DNA from: a virus
Taxonomy: Duplodnaviria; Heunggongvirae; Uroviricota; Caudoviricetes; Ackermannviridae
Virus record (IMG/VR): IMGVR_UViG_2974515140_000001
Span: 31,280 to 95,279 of that record
Reading direction: 5' to 3' (one strand)
DNA length: 64,000 nucleotides
The stretch's first letter is position 1; every line of letters starts with the position of its first letter. Shown here one piece after another: positions 1 to 9,180 of this stretch. The translations under genes were made by a program, and so were the position numbers. The notes beneath the pieces are model-generated. The model searched no databases. It was not told the DNA's origin and was given only the letters and a program-made list of their open reading frames with translations.

Positions 1-1174
1 AGGCGGGATCAAGAAATTGGTTATGCTTGATTCTCGTTGCATTCGTCCTGTCTATATTGTTGAGAAGGCGATGCGTGAAGGCGGTATTGAAGCAATAGAA
101 TCTGTAACATTGAAGTATTATTACAACCCGAATTATAATCGAAACCAATTCACTGGCCAATCTGGTACTTCCCAGAACTTCCAGCCTTCACAGCAAGAAC
201 TCGTATTCGATGACGAAAGCATTGTTTACATCGATAGTGGTGAAGAGCCATTGGCCAATGGTATTGTCCCAGGCCTTTTAAATCCTGCTATCCGTCCGTT
301 GAACAACCTGGTTACGACTGAAGATGCGACTGTAATTTATGCCATCACTCGCGCCCCTGAGAAACGCGCATTCTATCTTGACGTCGGTACTCTCGGTAAG
401 AAATCTGCTGAAGAATACATGACCATGATGATGGGTAAATTCAAAAACCGCAACGCATATGACCGCACCACTGGTAAGATAACAGGTAATGCCCATCTTA
501 TGGGTATTGCAGAGGATTATTGGTTGCCGCGCCGCGAAGGTCAGAATGCTACAGAGATTGCGACTGTTGGGGGTGGGAATCAATTGGGCGAAATGGATCA
601 CGTGAACTATTTCCGTGAAAAACTCTATGATGCTCTAATGATCCCTAAGAGCCGCCTCCAAGAGGAAGGATCTATTAACATTGGGGGTTCTAACCTTGCG
701 GAGATTACACAGGAAGAGCTGCGCTTCAGCAAGTTCTGTGCTGGGTTACGACGCCGTTACTCCCATTTCTTTATGGAATTCTTGCGCCGCCAGTTAATTT
801 TGAAAGGCGTTACGGATGAAAAGGATTGGAATGAGAAGATCAAACCGTTTATAAAGTTTGAATTCACATCCGATAGTTACATTCGTGAACAACAAGAAAA
901 CGCTATCTTGAATGATCGTCTGGCTTCATTGAACACTGTTGAGCCATTTGTTGGTTCCATTTTCTCCATAGACTACGTCATGAGAAATGTATTGCGTATG
1001 TCTGATGAAGAAGTTAAAGAACAACAAACGAAGATCGCGGAAGAGAAGAAGAAAGGTCTCTATCCGAAGGTTCAAGCAGATGAAACTGGCAATTATAGCG
1101 GTTCAGATGTTAGTCCGTTGAAGTTTAAACCTGAGACTATCCCATTCTCCGGTTCAACAGACGATAGTATTTAA
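1..1174 (+). CDS. 20: portal vertex protein gp20 (5' truncated by window edge)
   Basis: Open frame runs to base 1. It lies directly upstream of the gp67/68/21/22/23-like genes in T4 order. 385 aa are visible against about 524 for T4 gp20. Confidence 0.7.
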   Translation, partial: GGIKKLVMLDSRCIRPVYIVEKAMREGGIEAIESVTLKYYYNPNYNRNQFTGQSGTSQNFQPSQQELVFDDESIVYIDSGEEPLANGIVPGLLNPAIRPLNNLVTTEDATVIYAITRAPEKRAFYLDVGTLGKKSAEEYMTMMMGKFKNRNAYDRTTGKITGNAHLMGIAEDYWLPRREGQNATEIATVGGGNQLGEMDHVNYFREKLYDALMIPKSRLQEEGSINIGGSNLAEITQEELRFSKFCAGLRRRYSHFFMEFLRRQLILKGVTDEKDWNEKIKPFIKFEFTSDSYIREQQENAILNDRLASLNTVEPFVGSIFSIDYVMRNVLRMSDEEVKEQQTKIAEEKKKGLYPKVQADETGNYSGSDVSPLKFKPETIPFSGSTDDSI

Positions 1175-1215
1175 AGTTCAACTAAATATAGAAAATTAAT
1201 TCGGAGATCAAAATC

Positions 1216-1386
1216 ATGAGCGCAATTGATATCGTTCGTGCAGTAATTGACGGTGACACTGAAACTGCTGTTGCAGAATGCAACATGGAACTTGATGCAC
1301 GTAGTCAAGAACTATTAAACCAAGGCACAGCATATGTTCTGGATTCTATCGCAGCTGATATGAATTCAAACAACAACGGCCAGTAA
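1216..1386 (+). CDS. small acidic prohead core protein (gp67-like)
   Basis: 56-aa ORF between the portal and gp21-like genes with an RBS. Position matches T4 gene 67. Confidence 0.35.
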   Translation: MSAIDIVRAVIDGDTETAVAECNMELDARSQELLNQGTAYVLDSIAADMNSNNNGQ

Positions 1387-1394
1387 GGAGATGC

Positions 1395-1712
1395 ATGATG
1401 GAAATCACAGAGATCGCCACGTTCGCTGATTTCCTGGCCTCTCGTATGGACGAGCAGCGAGTCATCGATAAAGTGAACGCTCGTGGTAAACGCCGCCGCC
1501 GCTTGAAATGTGCCCCTGGGTTCAAATTGTCGGCTGATGGTTCACGTTGTGAAGTTATGGACGCCAGCGAACGTCGTGTTCGCAAGATCGGCAACCGCAA
1601 AGCCCTCCGCTCTAAAAAGCGTATGGGAATGGGCTATCAACGTAAAATCGAGCGCCGCAAGAAAAAGGCTATGAAGTTCCGCAAAATGATGGGACTGAGT
1701 AAGAACAAGTAA
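1395..1712 (+). CDS. basic prohead core protein (gp68-like)
   Basis: Arg/Lys-rich 105-aa ORF with RBS aaggag. Position matches T4 gene 68. Confidence 0.35.
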   Translation: MMEITEIATFADFLASRMDEQRVIDKVNARGKRRRRLKCAPGFKLSADGSRCEVMDASERRVRKIGNRKALRSKKRMGMGYQRKIERRKKKAMKFRKMMGLSKNK

Positions 1713-1719
1713 GGAGTTT

Positions 1720-2388
1720 ATGATGAAACTGTTGCGTGAGATCACAGCGATAGGGAAGGATCTTCAAATCGGTGAGGCCACAACCTCAACTGGTGGGAAG
1801 GCCATGTTCATCGAAGGTCCGTTTGTGATGTGTAACCAAGTCAACCGTAACGGGCGTAACTATGATCTGCAGAAAGTGGGTATTCCTGCTGTCGAAGCAT
1901 ACGACAAAGAGTATATCCAAGATCGTCGCGCAATCGGTGAAGTCACACATCCTGACTATCCTTTCCCTAATCTGGTGGAAGCTGCGCTCAAAACCGAATC
2001 CCTTCGCTGGGAAGGCACTAATGCCATCGGTCGGGCGCGAATTTTAAATACACCAAAAGGCCAAATCATACGTGCATTGGCCGAAGCAGACTTCAATCTG
2101 GCCGTGTCTACACGTGGCCTGGGTGAGACCAAGTCAGTAAACGGTTATGATGACGTTCAGCCTGGCTTTATGCTCACCGCTGTTGATGCAGTCGACCGTC
2201 CTTCTGGACAAGTTTGTTATGTTAAGGCTGTGAGTGAATCTGTTGAATGGCAGCTTGATGAGGCTTCGGGTATTTGGATGCCTCGTGATGTTAAAGGGAA
2301 AGTTGTAGACCAGTTGGTGAAAACCAATATCCAGGTTGAAGACGATTTCCTGCGCCGCCTTGATGCAGCATTGAATCATCTGGGCTGA
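1720..2388 (+). CDS. 21: prohead core protease gp21
   Basis: 222 aa. The GPFVMCNQVNRNGRNYD motif resembles the T4 gp21 family. It precedes the scaffold and capsid genes. Confidence 0.75.
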   Translation: MMKLLREITAIGKDLQIGEATTSTGGKAMFIEGPFVMCNQVNRNGRNYDLQKVGIPAVEAYDKEYIQDRRAIGEVTHPDYPFPNLVEAALKTESLRWEGTNAIGRARILNTPKGQIIRALAEADFNLAVSTRGLGETKSVNGYDDVQPGFMLTAVDAVDRPSGQVCYVKAVSESVEWQLDEASGIWMPRDVKGKVVDQLVKTNIQVEDDFLRRLDAALNHLG

Positions 2389-2434
2389 ATTTCAGCTCAC
2401 TAAATACTGAAAAATCGTTCAGAAGGAAACTATC

Positions 2435-3280
2435 ATGAAACCTGAATTGCAAAATCTGTTTGAAGGCGTTAACGGCATCAGCCCAGATTTCCTGGATAAA
2501 GTATCCAATTTGCTGGAATCGAAAGTTGAAGCGGCTCGTCTGAAAGCTATCCAAGAAACCGAAGCAGCTGGCAACGTCGAGCGCCTGAATTTGGTAGAAT
2601 CTCACCAGAAAGAAATCGCCGACCTGAAAGAAAATTTCATTCTGCAATTGGCTGGGAAAGTTGACTCATTCCTCAACGCGGTGGTTGAAGAATGGGCTAA
2701 CAAAAATGCCCCAGCTATTGACGCTCAGATCAAAACTGAAGCTGCTGAACGCTTCCTCACTGGTTTCTCCAACGTGCTGAAAGAAGCAGGTGTGAGTTTC
2801 GCTACTGACCCAGACGGTCAGATTGCTGCCCTCACCAGTCGCCTTGCTGAAGCAGAACAACGCGCCAGCATTGCCAATACTGAATTGGCTCAGCTCAAAG
2901 AAAGTGAAACCAAACGCCAGCGCAATGATGTCATTGATCGTATTTGTGAAGGTATGGTTGACACCAAGAAAGACACTGTTGTCAACCTGCTGGAAGGTAT
3001 TGAATTCCAGACCGAGTCTGAATTTGAATCCCGTGTGCGCACCTTCCGTAACCTGGTAGAAGGCAAAGATGACTTCTCTGATAAAGTCGGCAAAGACAAT
3101 GAAAAAGGCAAGCCGGATGGCGACAATTCTGAAAAAGACATCAAAGAAGGTAAAAAACCGAAGAAAGAAGGTGAAGCCGACGATGATGACGATGACGATG
3201 ATGATGATGACAAAGACGAAGTTGGCAAAGAAGTCAACGAATCCGTCCGTCGCCAGATCAGTGCTTTGCTGAACGGCTAA
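2435..3280 (+). CDS. 22: prohead core scaffold protein gp22
   Basis: Highly acidic coiled-coil protein with a C-terminal poly-Asp run. Sits between gp21 and gp23, preceded by CTAAATAC. Confidence 0.7.
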   Translation: MKPELQNLFEGVNGISPDFLDKVSNLLESKVEAARLKAIQETEAAGNVERLNLVESHQKEIADLKENFILQLAGKVDSFLNAVVEEWANKNAPAIDAQIKTEAAERFLTGFSNVLKEAGVSFATDPDGQIAALTSRLAEAEQRASIANTELAQLKESETKRQRNDVIDRICEGMVDTKKDTVVNLLEGIEFQTESEFESRVRTFRNLVEGKDDFSDKVGKDNEKGKPDGDNSEKDIKEGKKPKKEGEADDDDDDDDDDDKDEVGKEVNESVRRQISALLNG

Positions 3281-3371
3281 TTTTAGCAGCCACAGCCCTC
3301 GAAAGGGGGCTTGATTTTGAACTACTAAGTAATTTCAACTTAACTGAATATCAATGTAAGGAACGAGCATC

Positions 3372-4694
3372 ATGACTAAGAAACTTGTAACCGAAGAAAT
3401 GCGCAAACAGTGGCTGCCAGTTCTCCAAAAAGAATCTGAAGCCATCCAACCTCTGTCTGCCGAAAACGTAACCATCCGTCTGATGCAAAACCAGGCCGAG
3501 TGGAACGCTAAAAACCTGGGCGAATCCGACGCCCCTGGTTCTGTAAACAGCACTGTCGGTAAATGGCAGCCAGTCCTGATCGACATGGCAAAACGTCTGG
3601 CGCCGATCAACATCGCAATGGACTTCTTCGGCGTTCAGCCACTGTCTGGTCCTGACGGTCAGATCTTTGCGCTGCGTGCTCGCCAAGGTATTGGTGACGG
3701 TTCCACCACCGCACAGGCACGTAAAGAACTGTTCATGAACGAAGCCGATTCTGGCTACTCTGGTGATGGCACTGTACAGGCTGGTGACCCGTCAGGCTTC
3801 AGTCAGGCTGAGATCGAAGGTTCTGGCTCTGCTGTGACCACTATCGGTAAAGGTATGCCGTCATCCGACGCGGAACTGCTGGGTACTACCACCAATCCGT
3901 GGGCGCGTGTTGGTATCACCGTTCAGAAAGCGACCGTTACTGCCAAGTCTCGTGGTCTGTATGCTGATTACAGCCATGAACTGCGTCAGGATATGATGGC
4001 AATTCACGGCGAAGACGTGGATAATATCCTGTCTGACGTGATGGTAACTGAAATTCAGGCGGAAATGAACCGTGAATTCATCCGTACCATGAACTTCAGT
4101 GCTGTTCGCTTCAAAAAATTCGGCACCAACGGTGTTGTTGATATCGCGCAGGACATCTCTGGTCGTTGGGCGCTGGAAAAATGGAAGTTCCTGACTTTCA
4201 TGCTGGAAGTTGAAGCGAACGGTATCGGTGTTGACACCCGTCGTGGTAAAGGCAACCGTGTTCTGTGTTCTCCGAACGTGGCATCCGCTCTGGCGATGTC
4301 TGGCATGCTGGACTATGCTCCGGTTCTGCAGGAAAACACTAAACTGGCTGTTGACCCGACTGGCCAGACCTTCGCTGGTGTTCTGTCCAACGGTATGCGC
4401 GTCTATGTTGACCCGTATGCTGTAGCAGAATATATCACTCTGGCATACAAAGGCGCAACTGCGCTGGATGCCGGTATCTTCTTCGCGCCGTATGTGCCGC
4501 TGGAAATGTACCGCACCCAGGGTGAAACCACCTTCGCTCCGCGTATGGCGTTCAAAACCCGTTACGGCATCTGTGCTAACCCGTTCGTACAGATTCCGGC
4601 TAACCAAGACCCGCAGGTTTACGTGACTGCTGACGGTATTGCTCAAGACAGCAACCCGTATTTCCGCAAAGGTCTGATCAAATCTCTGTTCTAA
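3372..4694 (+). CDS. 23: major capsid protein gp23 (short form, 440 aa)
   Basis: DFFGVQPLSGPDGQIFALRA, NPW..G..V.K..V.AKSR and the C-terminal FKTRYGI..NPF blocks align with T4 gp23. A strong terminator follows. Confidence 0.9.
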   Translation: MTKKLVTEEMRKQWLPVLQKESEAIQPLSAENVTIRLMQNQAEWNAKNLGESDAPGSVNSTVGKWQPVLIDMAKRLAPINIAMDFFGVQPLSGPDGQIFALRARQGIGDGSTTAQARKELFMNEADSGYSGDGTVQAGDPSGFSQAEIEGSGSAVTTIGKGMPSSDAELLGTTTNPWARVGITVQKATVTAKSRGLYADYSHELRQDMMAIHGEDVDNILSDVMVTEIQAEMNREFIRTMNFSAVRFKKFGTNGVVDIAQDISGRWALEKWKFLTFMLEVEANGIGVDTRRGKGNRVLCSPNVASALAMSGMLDYAPVLQENTKLAVDPTGQTFAGVLSNGMRVYVDPYAVAEYITLAYKGATALDAGIFFAPYVPLEMYRTQGETTFAPRMAFKTRYGICANPFVQIPANQDPQVYVTADGIAQDSNPYFRKGLIKSLF

Positions 4695-4712
4695 TCGACA
4701 GGTTTTGATAAC

Positions 4713-4740
4713 AAACCCCGCCGAAGCGGGGTTTTTCTTT
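4713..4740 (+). terminator. rho-independent terminator after the major capsid gene
   Basis: aaaccccgccgaagcggggttt followed by ttcttt. Confidence 0.7.
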
Positions 4741-4788
4741 ATAGGGATATGTAAGATAATAAAGCCTCATTTATCAAAGGAGGTTAAA

Positions 4789-5025
4789 ATGTCTCATCAA
4801 TTATCTGGCGGTGCAGTCGATACTCTATTCGTTCTTTTCTGGTTTGGACCTCGTGAAGCTGGGGAAATACCTGCTAAATCTGGAGAAGCCGAATTGGCCT
4901 CCCTGGGGTTTTGTAAACGAGTTGATGTTAAAAACGTACCAAAAGGTCGAGATACACATCTGTGTGTACTCACCGAGGAAGGTTACAAATACGCATATCT
5001 GAAATATGTTTCTCAAAATGCGTGA
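4789..5025 (+). CDS. hypothetical protein
   Basis: ORF with RBS aaaggagg 8 nt upstream. Confidence 0.4.
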   Translation: MSHQLSGGAVDTLFVLFWFGPREAGEIPAKSGEAELASLGFCKRVDVKNVPKGRDTHLCVLTEEGYKYAYLKYVSQNA

Positions 5026-5112
5026 TTGTTTATCGTAACGATTTAATACGCGAATAGTTCAATAACAATTCCTGTTGTACGATATAACTTTCTTACAACA
5101 GGAGTATCAGTC

Positions 5113-5427
5113 ATGACAACCCGAAATATTACCTCTGAACAATCCGTGTCACAAATCCTCATTAATTCCCGCACCCAAAAAGAACGTCTTTTTGACATCC
5201 TCACTAATGTGATCAATATTCGTCGACAATTAGATGGTGAATTTCCCGAATCTGATTCTGAAGAAAAATCAACACACAATCCAGGTCTTGTTGGTGCTAT
5301 CCTTAACATACAAGGAGAGCAGGACGATATCATCGATAGAATCAATGCCCACATGGACGTCATCCATACTAAACTGGGAACGTTTTATCACCCAAATTGT
5401 GAAGACGAGTCTAAAGATAATTGTTAA
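5113..5427 (+). CDS. hypothetical protein
   Basis: ORF track entry of 104 aa. Confidence 0.35.
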   Translation: MTTRNITSEQSVSQILINSRTQKERLFDILTNVINIRRQLDGEFPESDSEEKSTHNPGLVGAILNIQGEQDDIIDRINAHMDVIHTKLGTFYHPNCEDESKDNC

Positions 5428-5489
5428 TGTTTTCAATAAATGGGTAATGAACCATCATTACCCAACTTTCACAATAGGAATACAACTCA

Positions 5490-5683
5490 TGGCAAAAGAA
5501 ACTCTTAACAATGAAAACTCCAACTTTGCAGAATGGCATACCGAATTAGAGCGCGTTGCCCGTTCTCAACATGGTTCTGCCGCTGATGCAGATGCTTGGC
5601 GTGAAGATTATGAATCTGGAAAAACTCCACGTCAGGCTTGGGAAGACGAATGGGGGTGGGATGATGCCGACTCTAATCCGTAA
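5490..5683 (+). CDS. hypothetical acidic Trp-rich protein
   Basis: In-frame ATG inside ORF 5234..5683. The upstream ggaatacaactcATG resembles the gp45 initiation region. Confidence 0.3.
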
Positions 5684-5894
5684 GATATATCTGGATAAGA
5701 ACTATTTGGAATCTAAAATCGAAGTTTTCACGGCTCAAAAAATATTTGAAGACGGTGAAACGAGATATTATCTGAATCCAGACCTTTATCTCCCAGGAAG
5801 TAATTTGAATCGCGACATATCCCAAATAGATGGCACAATCATTCGTTGGGAAATAGCGACGCAAGAAGACAACTGTCACAACATAACACTTTGA
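5661..5894 (+). CDS. hypothetical protein
   Basis: ATG overlapping the previous stop (ATGA-type coupling). Confidence 0.3.
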   Translation: MMPTLIRKIYLDKNYLESKIEVFTAQKIFEDGETRYYLNPDLYLPGSNLNRDISQIDGTIIRWEIATQEDNCHNITL

Positions 5895-5909
5895 AGAGAG
5901 AACTACATC

Positions 5910-6356
5910 ATGTCTAAACAAAATTATATCTTTATTAGTCCAGGACGTTCCCAGTTTTTTCGTAGCGACATCGATACACCTATCGAAGGTTTTCACATTT
6001 TCAAATGCTATAAATTGGCCAGCGGTGACATTGATTATCAAAGTCACGACAATGACCGCCAAGACTTGGTTGATAACGGTTGGGAAGAAATAGATTCTCC
6101 TCAATATCTGACCGTCAACCTTTATTATATGAAGGAAAGCGGTAAATATTATTCGACTGGGGAGTTGAAAATCCGAGTTTCAGAAGCCCAATCCAATCCA
6201 GCAAAAAGTTGGTATGACACGCAAGAGTTAGTGCGTGATCTCCTGAAGAAAGGCGAACTGCCTGGCTTGGTTAAAGGTTCCCGTTTTGATACCTTCATGT
6301 CCTGTGAACAACACCCGTGCTATGTTCCGACTTTATTTAAAATCAGCAACATGTGA
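5910..6356 (+). CDS. hypothetical protein
   Basis: 148-aa ORF with gagagaactacatcATG initiation region. Confidence 0.45.
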   Translation: MSKQNYIFISPGRSQFFRSDIDTPIEGFHIFKCYKLASGDIDYQSHDNDRQDLVDNGWEEIDSPQYLTVNLYYMKESGKYYSTGELKIRVSEAQSNPAKSWYDTQELVRDLLKKGELPGLVKGSRFDTFMSCEQHPCYVPTLFKISNM

Positions 6357-6367
6357 GAGATTAATAT

Positions 6368-6697
6368 ATGAGCAATTTACCACTGCTTCAAGTCGGCGAT
6401 GTGTTCGTTCTCACAGAAGAAATGACCATTGAAACTCAGGTGCCTAAGCATTTCTTGTACTCTAATTGCAAGGGAGATTGGCAAACGGACTCTGGTTATA
6501 TCACCCCTGAGGGATTCTTCGGTTACATGCAAGGGCATTATGTCGTTACCAAAACAGCTCTACAAGGAGGTAGCGCTGGTCACGACCCATACCCAGACGG
6601 TCATCATGTTTGGGCACAGCATACCGAAAATGAACGCATCAGGATCTGTTTTATCAGACAGGCAGCTTCAGAAACATGCACCGTAACGTTCCAGTAG
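6368..6697 (+). CDS. hypothetical protein
   Basis: 109-aa ORF. Confidence 0.4.
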   Translation: MSNLPLLQVGDVFVLTEEMTIETQVPKHFLYSNCKGDWQTDSGYITPEGFFGYMQGHYVVTKTALQGGSAGHDPYPDGHHVWAQHTENERIRICFIRQAASETCTVTFQ

Positions 6698-6737
6698 TCG
6701 GAAAAGCCAAGGCGCAAACATGGACTTGGGAGAAATT

Positions 6738-6974
6738 ATGAGAATCAAAAAGATTGGAGCAAGCCCGTTGACGGGCACTATCTTCCAGGGCACTCTGAAT
6801 ACTAAGACCAGCATGTGGGTCGGTGAGAAGACTGATGTGACTAACGACTGTGTAGCGGCTACGGCTGAACACATGCGCCACATCAAGAAAGACTACTGCT
6901 TCCCTACTAAAGACGGCAAGTTCCTGGTTCTGAGCGCTGAGGTTCACGACACTCTTCCTGATCGCTTCAAATAA
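6738..6974 (+). CDS. hypothetical protein
   Basis: ATG with RBS ggag within ORF 6720..6974. Confidence 0.35.
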   Translation: MRIKKIGASPLTGTIFQGTLNTKTSMWVGEKTDVTNDCVAATAEHMRHIKKDYCFPTKDGKFLVLSAEVHDTLPDRFK

Positions 6975-7000
6975 ATTTAAAATTTATTCAATAAACGGGG

Positions 7001-7028
7001 TTTACTTCTTCAATAAACCCCGTATACT
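7001..7028 (+). promoter_or_regulatory. T4-type early promoter (TTTACT-16-TATACT)
   Basis: -35 GGTTTACTTC and -10 TATACT with a 16-nt spacer, about 50 nt upstream of ATG 7078. The whole promoter and UTR is duplicated at 42609. Confidence 0.55.
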
Positions 7029-7077
7029 TCATTCCATAAGCAGCACAACACTGACTCTGAAATGAAGGAACTACACC

Positions 7078-7374
7078 ATGAACAACATGCCAACCACCAA
7101 AACTGCTCTGGAAATCGATTCTCGCTTTATCGTTGAAGCATGGGCCAACAGCCAAAACTCTTATGTGTATTCCCTTTATGTCGGTGACACTTATGTTTCT
7201 TGCCTCGGCATCGACGGCTCCAAGAACGAGCACGGCGTGAACGAGCGCTATACCAAAAAGCAGGCTATCGCTGATGCTACCAAATTCGCGACTGACATTC
7301 TGGGTCGCATCAATGCGGGTAAACCGTACAAACGCGGTGAAAAGGGCTATGTCACCCAATTGCTTGGTGCTTGA
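7078..7374 (+). CDS. hypothetical early protein
   Basis: Driven by the early promoter cassette. The N-terminus MNNMPTTKTAL contains IxE motifs. Confidence 0.5.
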   Translation: MNNMPTTKTALEIDSRFIVEAWANSQNSYVYSLYVGDTYVSCLGIDGSKNEHGVNERYTKKQAIADATKFATDILGRINAGKPYKRGEKGYVTQLLGA

Positions 7375-7443
7375 TTTGTTCTAAACCTTTGAACGGGGTA
7401 TGTTAACCGCATACCCTATCCCCTACAAATAGAGGACTTTACC

Positions 7444-7788
7444 ATGACAGTCGACACCAAACTGAATAATTCCGTGGAGATCCCCCACATCGTCAAATTC
7501 GAAAAGCCGAGCGAGCGTAAGCCACGCAAAACGCGCCGCCTGGTCACCAAGCTGGATCTTCTGAAACAGAAGTTCGGCGATCACAGTGTGTTCACTCGCA
7601 TCCGTAACGCATTAAAGGAAGGGCGAACCGAGTTGGAGCTATATCGTCCAAACGGTTCGACTCGTGCGTATCAGACCACCGACGGTTTGCTGGAACTGAT
7701 CCGCCTCTCGGGAATGAGCATAGAACCTCGTTCATCAGGGACTCCCTTGTGCAGCCTGTACGTCATCAGCAATCTTGGGGCGCTGTGA
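7444..7788 (+). CDS. hypothetical basic protein
   Basis: 114-aa ORF. Confidence 0.4.
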   Translation: MTVDTKLNNSVEIPHIVKFEKPSERKPRKTRRLVTKLDLLKQKFGDHSVFTRIRNALKEGRTELELYRPNGSTRAYQTTDGLLELIRLSGMSIEPRSSGTPLCSLYVISNLGAL

Positions 7789-7793
7789 GTTCT

Positions 7794-8216
7794 ATGAAGA
7801 AATATGTCGTGCTCATTACAGGTTCCCGCTCAATAACCGAGCGGGATAAAATCTTCGCCAAACTGGATGAACTGTTAGATCCCCACGAGATCGAAACTTT
7901 TATAGAAGGTGAAGCGGTTGGTGTGGACTTGATATCTCGTGATTGGTGTGAAATCAATTATGTTCATGTTACACCAATGGAGATCCCTAAGAATTATCAC
8001 ACGATATATGGGAAAGGCGCAGGAAACCAACGTAACAAAGATATGTTAGACAAAGCTACAACCCTGGCCAAACAAAAAGGTCTTGAGGTCTTTGGAATTG
8101 CATTATGGGATGGTTCGTCTACTGGGACGCAAGACATGATTACCCGCATGAAAAAAGCAGGTGTCAATGTCAATATCACTCTCATGGGCAAACCCAAAAC
8201 CAAACGATTGTTATAA
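7794..8216 (+). CDS. SLOG/DUF2493-like nucleotide-binding domain protein
   Basis: VVLITGSRSI...ETFIEGEAVGVDL matches the DprA/LOG-like SLOG signature. Confidence 0.35.
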   Translation: MKKYVVLITGSRSITERDKIFAKLDELLDPHEIETFIEGEAVGVDLISRDWCEINYVHVTPMEIPKNYHTIYGKGAGNQRNKDMLDKATTLAKQKGLEVFGIALWDGSSTGTQDMITRMKKAGVNVNITLMGKPKTKRLL

Positions 8217-8219
8217 ATA
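8212..8219 (+). promoter_or_regulatory. late promoter TATAAATA
   Basis: Exact T4 late consensus about 32 nt upstream of ATG 8251. Confidence 0.45.
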
Positions 8220-8250
8220 TGTTTGCCTTCACACCCATATGGAGTTAGCT

Positions 8251-8421
8251 ATGCTGCAATTAATTTTGATTCTTTGTGTCGCTTTTACCATGTACTTTCT
8301 GGCGCGAATCAGTTATATCACACTAAATGATCTGAAAGATACACCACGCGAACCTAAATTTATATTTCTAAAGAAATACACCAAAAAGTTCTGCGAGAAT
8401 TTTATCTATCATCTTCCGTGA
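8251..8421 (+). CDS. small hydrophobic membrane protein
   Basis: 56 aa with one TM helix. Follows a TATAAATA. Confidence 0.35.
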   Translation: MLQLILILCVAFTMYFLARISYITLNDLKDTPREPKFIFLKKYTKKFCENFIYHLP

Positions 8422-8422
8422 T

Positions 8423-8430
8423 TATAAATA
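8423..8430 (+). promoter_or_regulatory. late promoter TATAAATA
   Basis: Exact consensus 22 nt upstream of ATG 8452. A short hairpin (cccccaaaattggggg) sits in the leader. Confidence 0.45.
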
Positions 8431-8451
8431 CCCCCAAAATTGGGGGTATTT

Positions 8452-9180
8452 ATGAACGCACAAATCTACGATGTCCTTTCCTCTGGTAACGCATTTAGCA
8501 ACCCGCTTCCGTCCCTCTCCGGCCCCTCACAGGATTTAATCACCAGTGGTAGTACCAATATACCATTGATAACTGCCAACGCGACTCCGGAGATGCAGGC
8601 GGCTATGGCGGCTGGTGGACTAACACCAGAAAAACTCACAGCAGCCACCACCATGTATAGCACCGCCAACACGGGGATAACGACACTGAACACATATGGC
8701 GACCAAAGTATCAATGACGCGTATTCTCGCATCGGTACTTCCGTGTCATACAAATCAGGTCTGAAGGGTATATCACGAGAGCCAAACAATTGTGATTTGA
8801 TCAACAAGGCTTTTGGTGTTGTTCAGGATTTAGGACGCCAATGGCTGAATGCTATGGAAGGTGCTCTACAGACCGTAACAAACAAGATATCGGAATTGTA
8901 TGACATGATTATGGAAGGTGCCTCAGAAGGGATGGCAAAACTACAGCAATTGGCTGCTGAAGTAACAGGACATATCAATGAGGCAATAACCGCCGTCAAT
9001 GGAGTTATAAACGATATCACCGATGGGATAGCTGCAGAACTTGCTCATATTGAAAGTATGATCAAAGAATGTCTAAACTTCTCTTTTGCGAATGTTCTTG
9101 GAGAATGGGCTAAAGATCTCTGTGCTGGAGGCGTTATTGATAAAATAGGGACTCCAGAATTAAAAGAGTCCCTGAAATAA
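8452..9180 (+). CDS. hypothetical late protein
   Basis: 243 aa, Ser/Thr/Ala-rich N-terminus and coiled-coil C-terminus. Late promoter upstream. Confidence 0.45.
   Translation: MNAQIYDVLSSGNAFSNPLPSLSGPSQDLITSGSTNIPLITANATPEMQAAMAAGGLTPEKLTAATTMYSTANTGITTLNTYGDQSINDAYSRIGTSVSYKSGLKGISREPNNCDLINKAFGVVQDLGRQWLNAMEGALQTVTNKISELYDMIMEGASEGMAKLQQLAAEVTGHINEAITAVNGVINDITDGIAAELAHIESMIKECLNFSFANVLGEWAKDLCAGGVIDKIGTPELKESLK

Noticed and set aside
3861-4646. 261-aa antisense ORF inside the major capsid gene (and similar long antisense ORFs in the gp46, vWA, nrdA and 19154 genes)
   Set aside because: They overlap well-supported conserved genes on the opposite strand, have no RBS, and their composition mirrors the sense strand. 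These are spurious frame artefacts.
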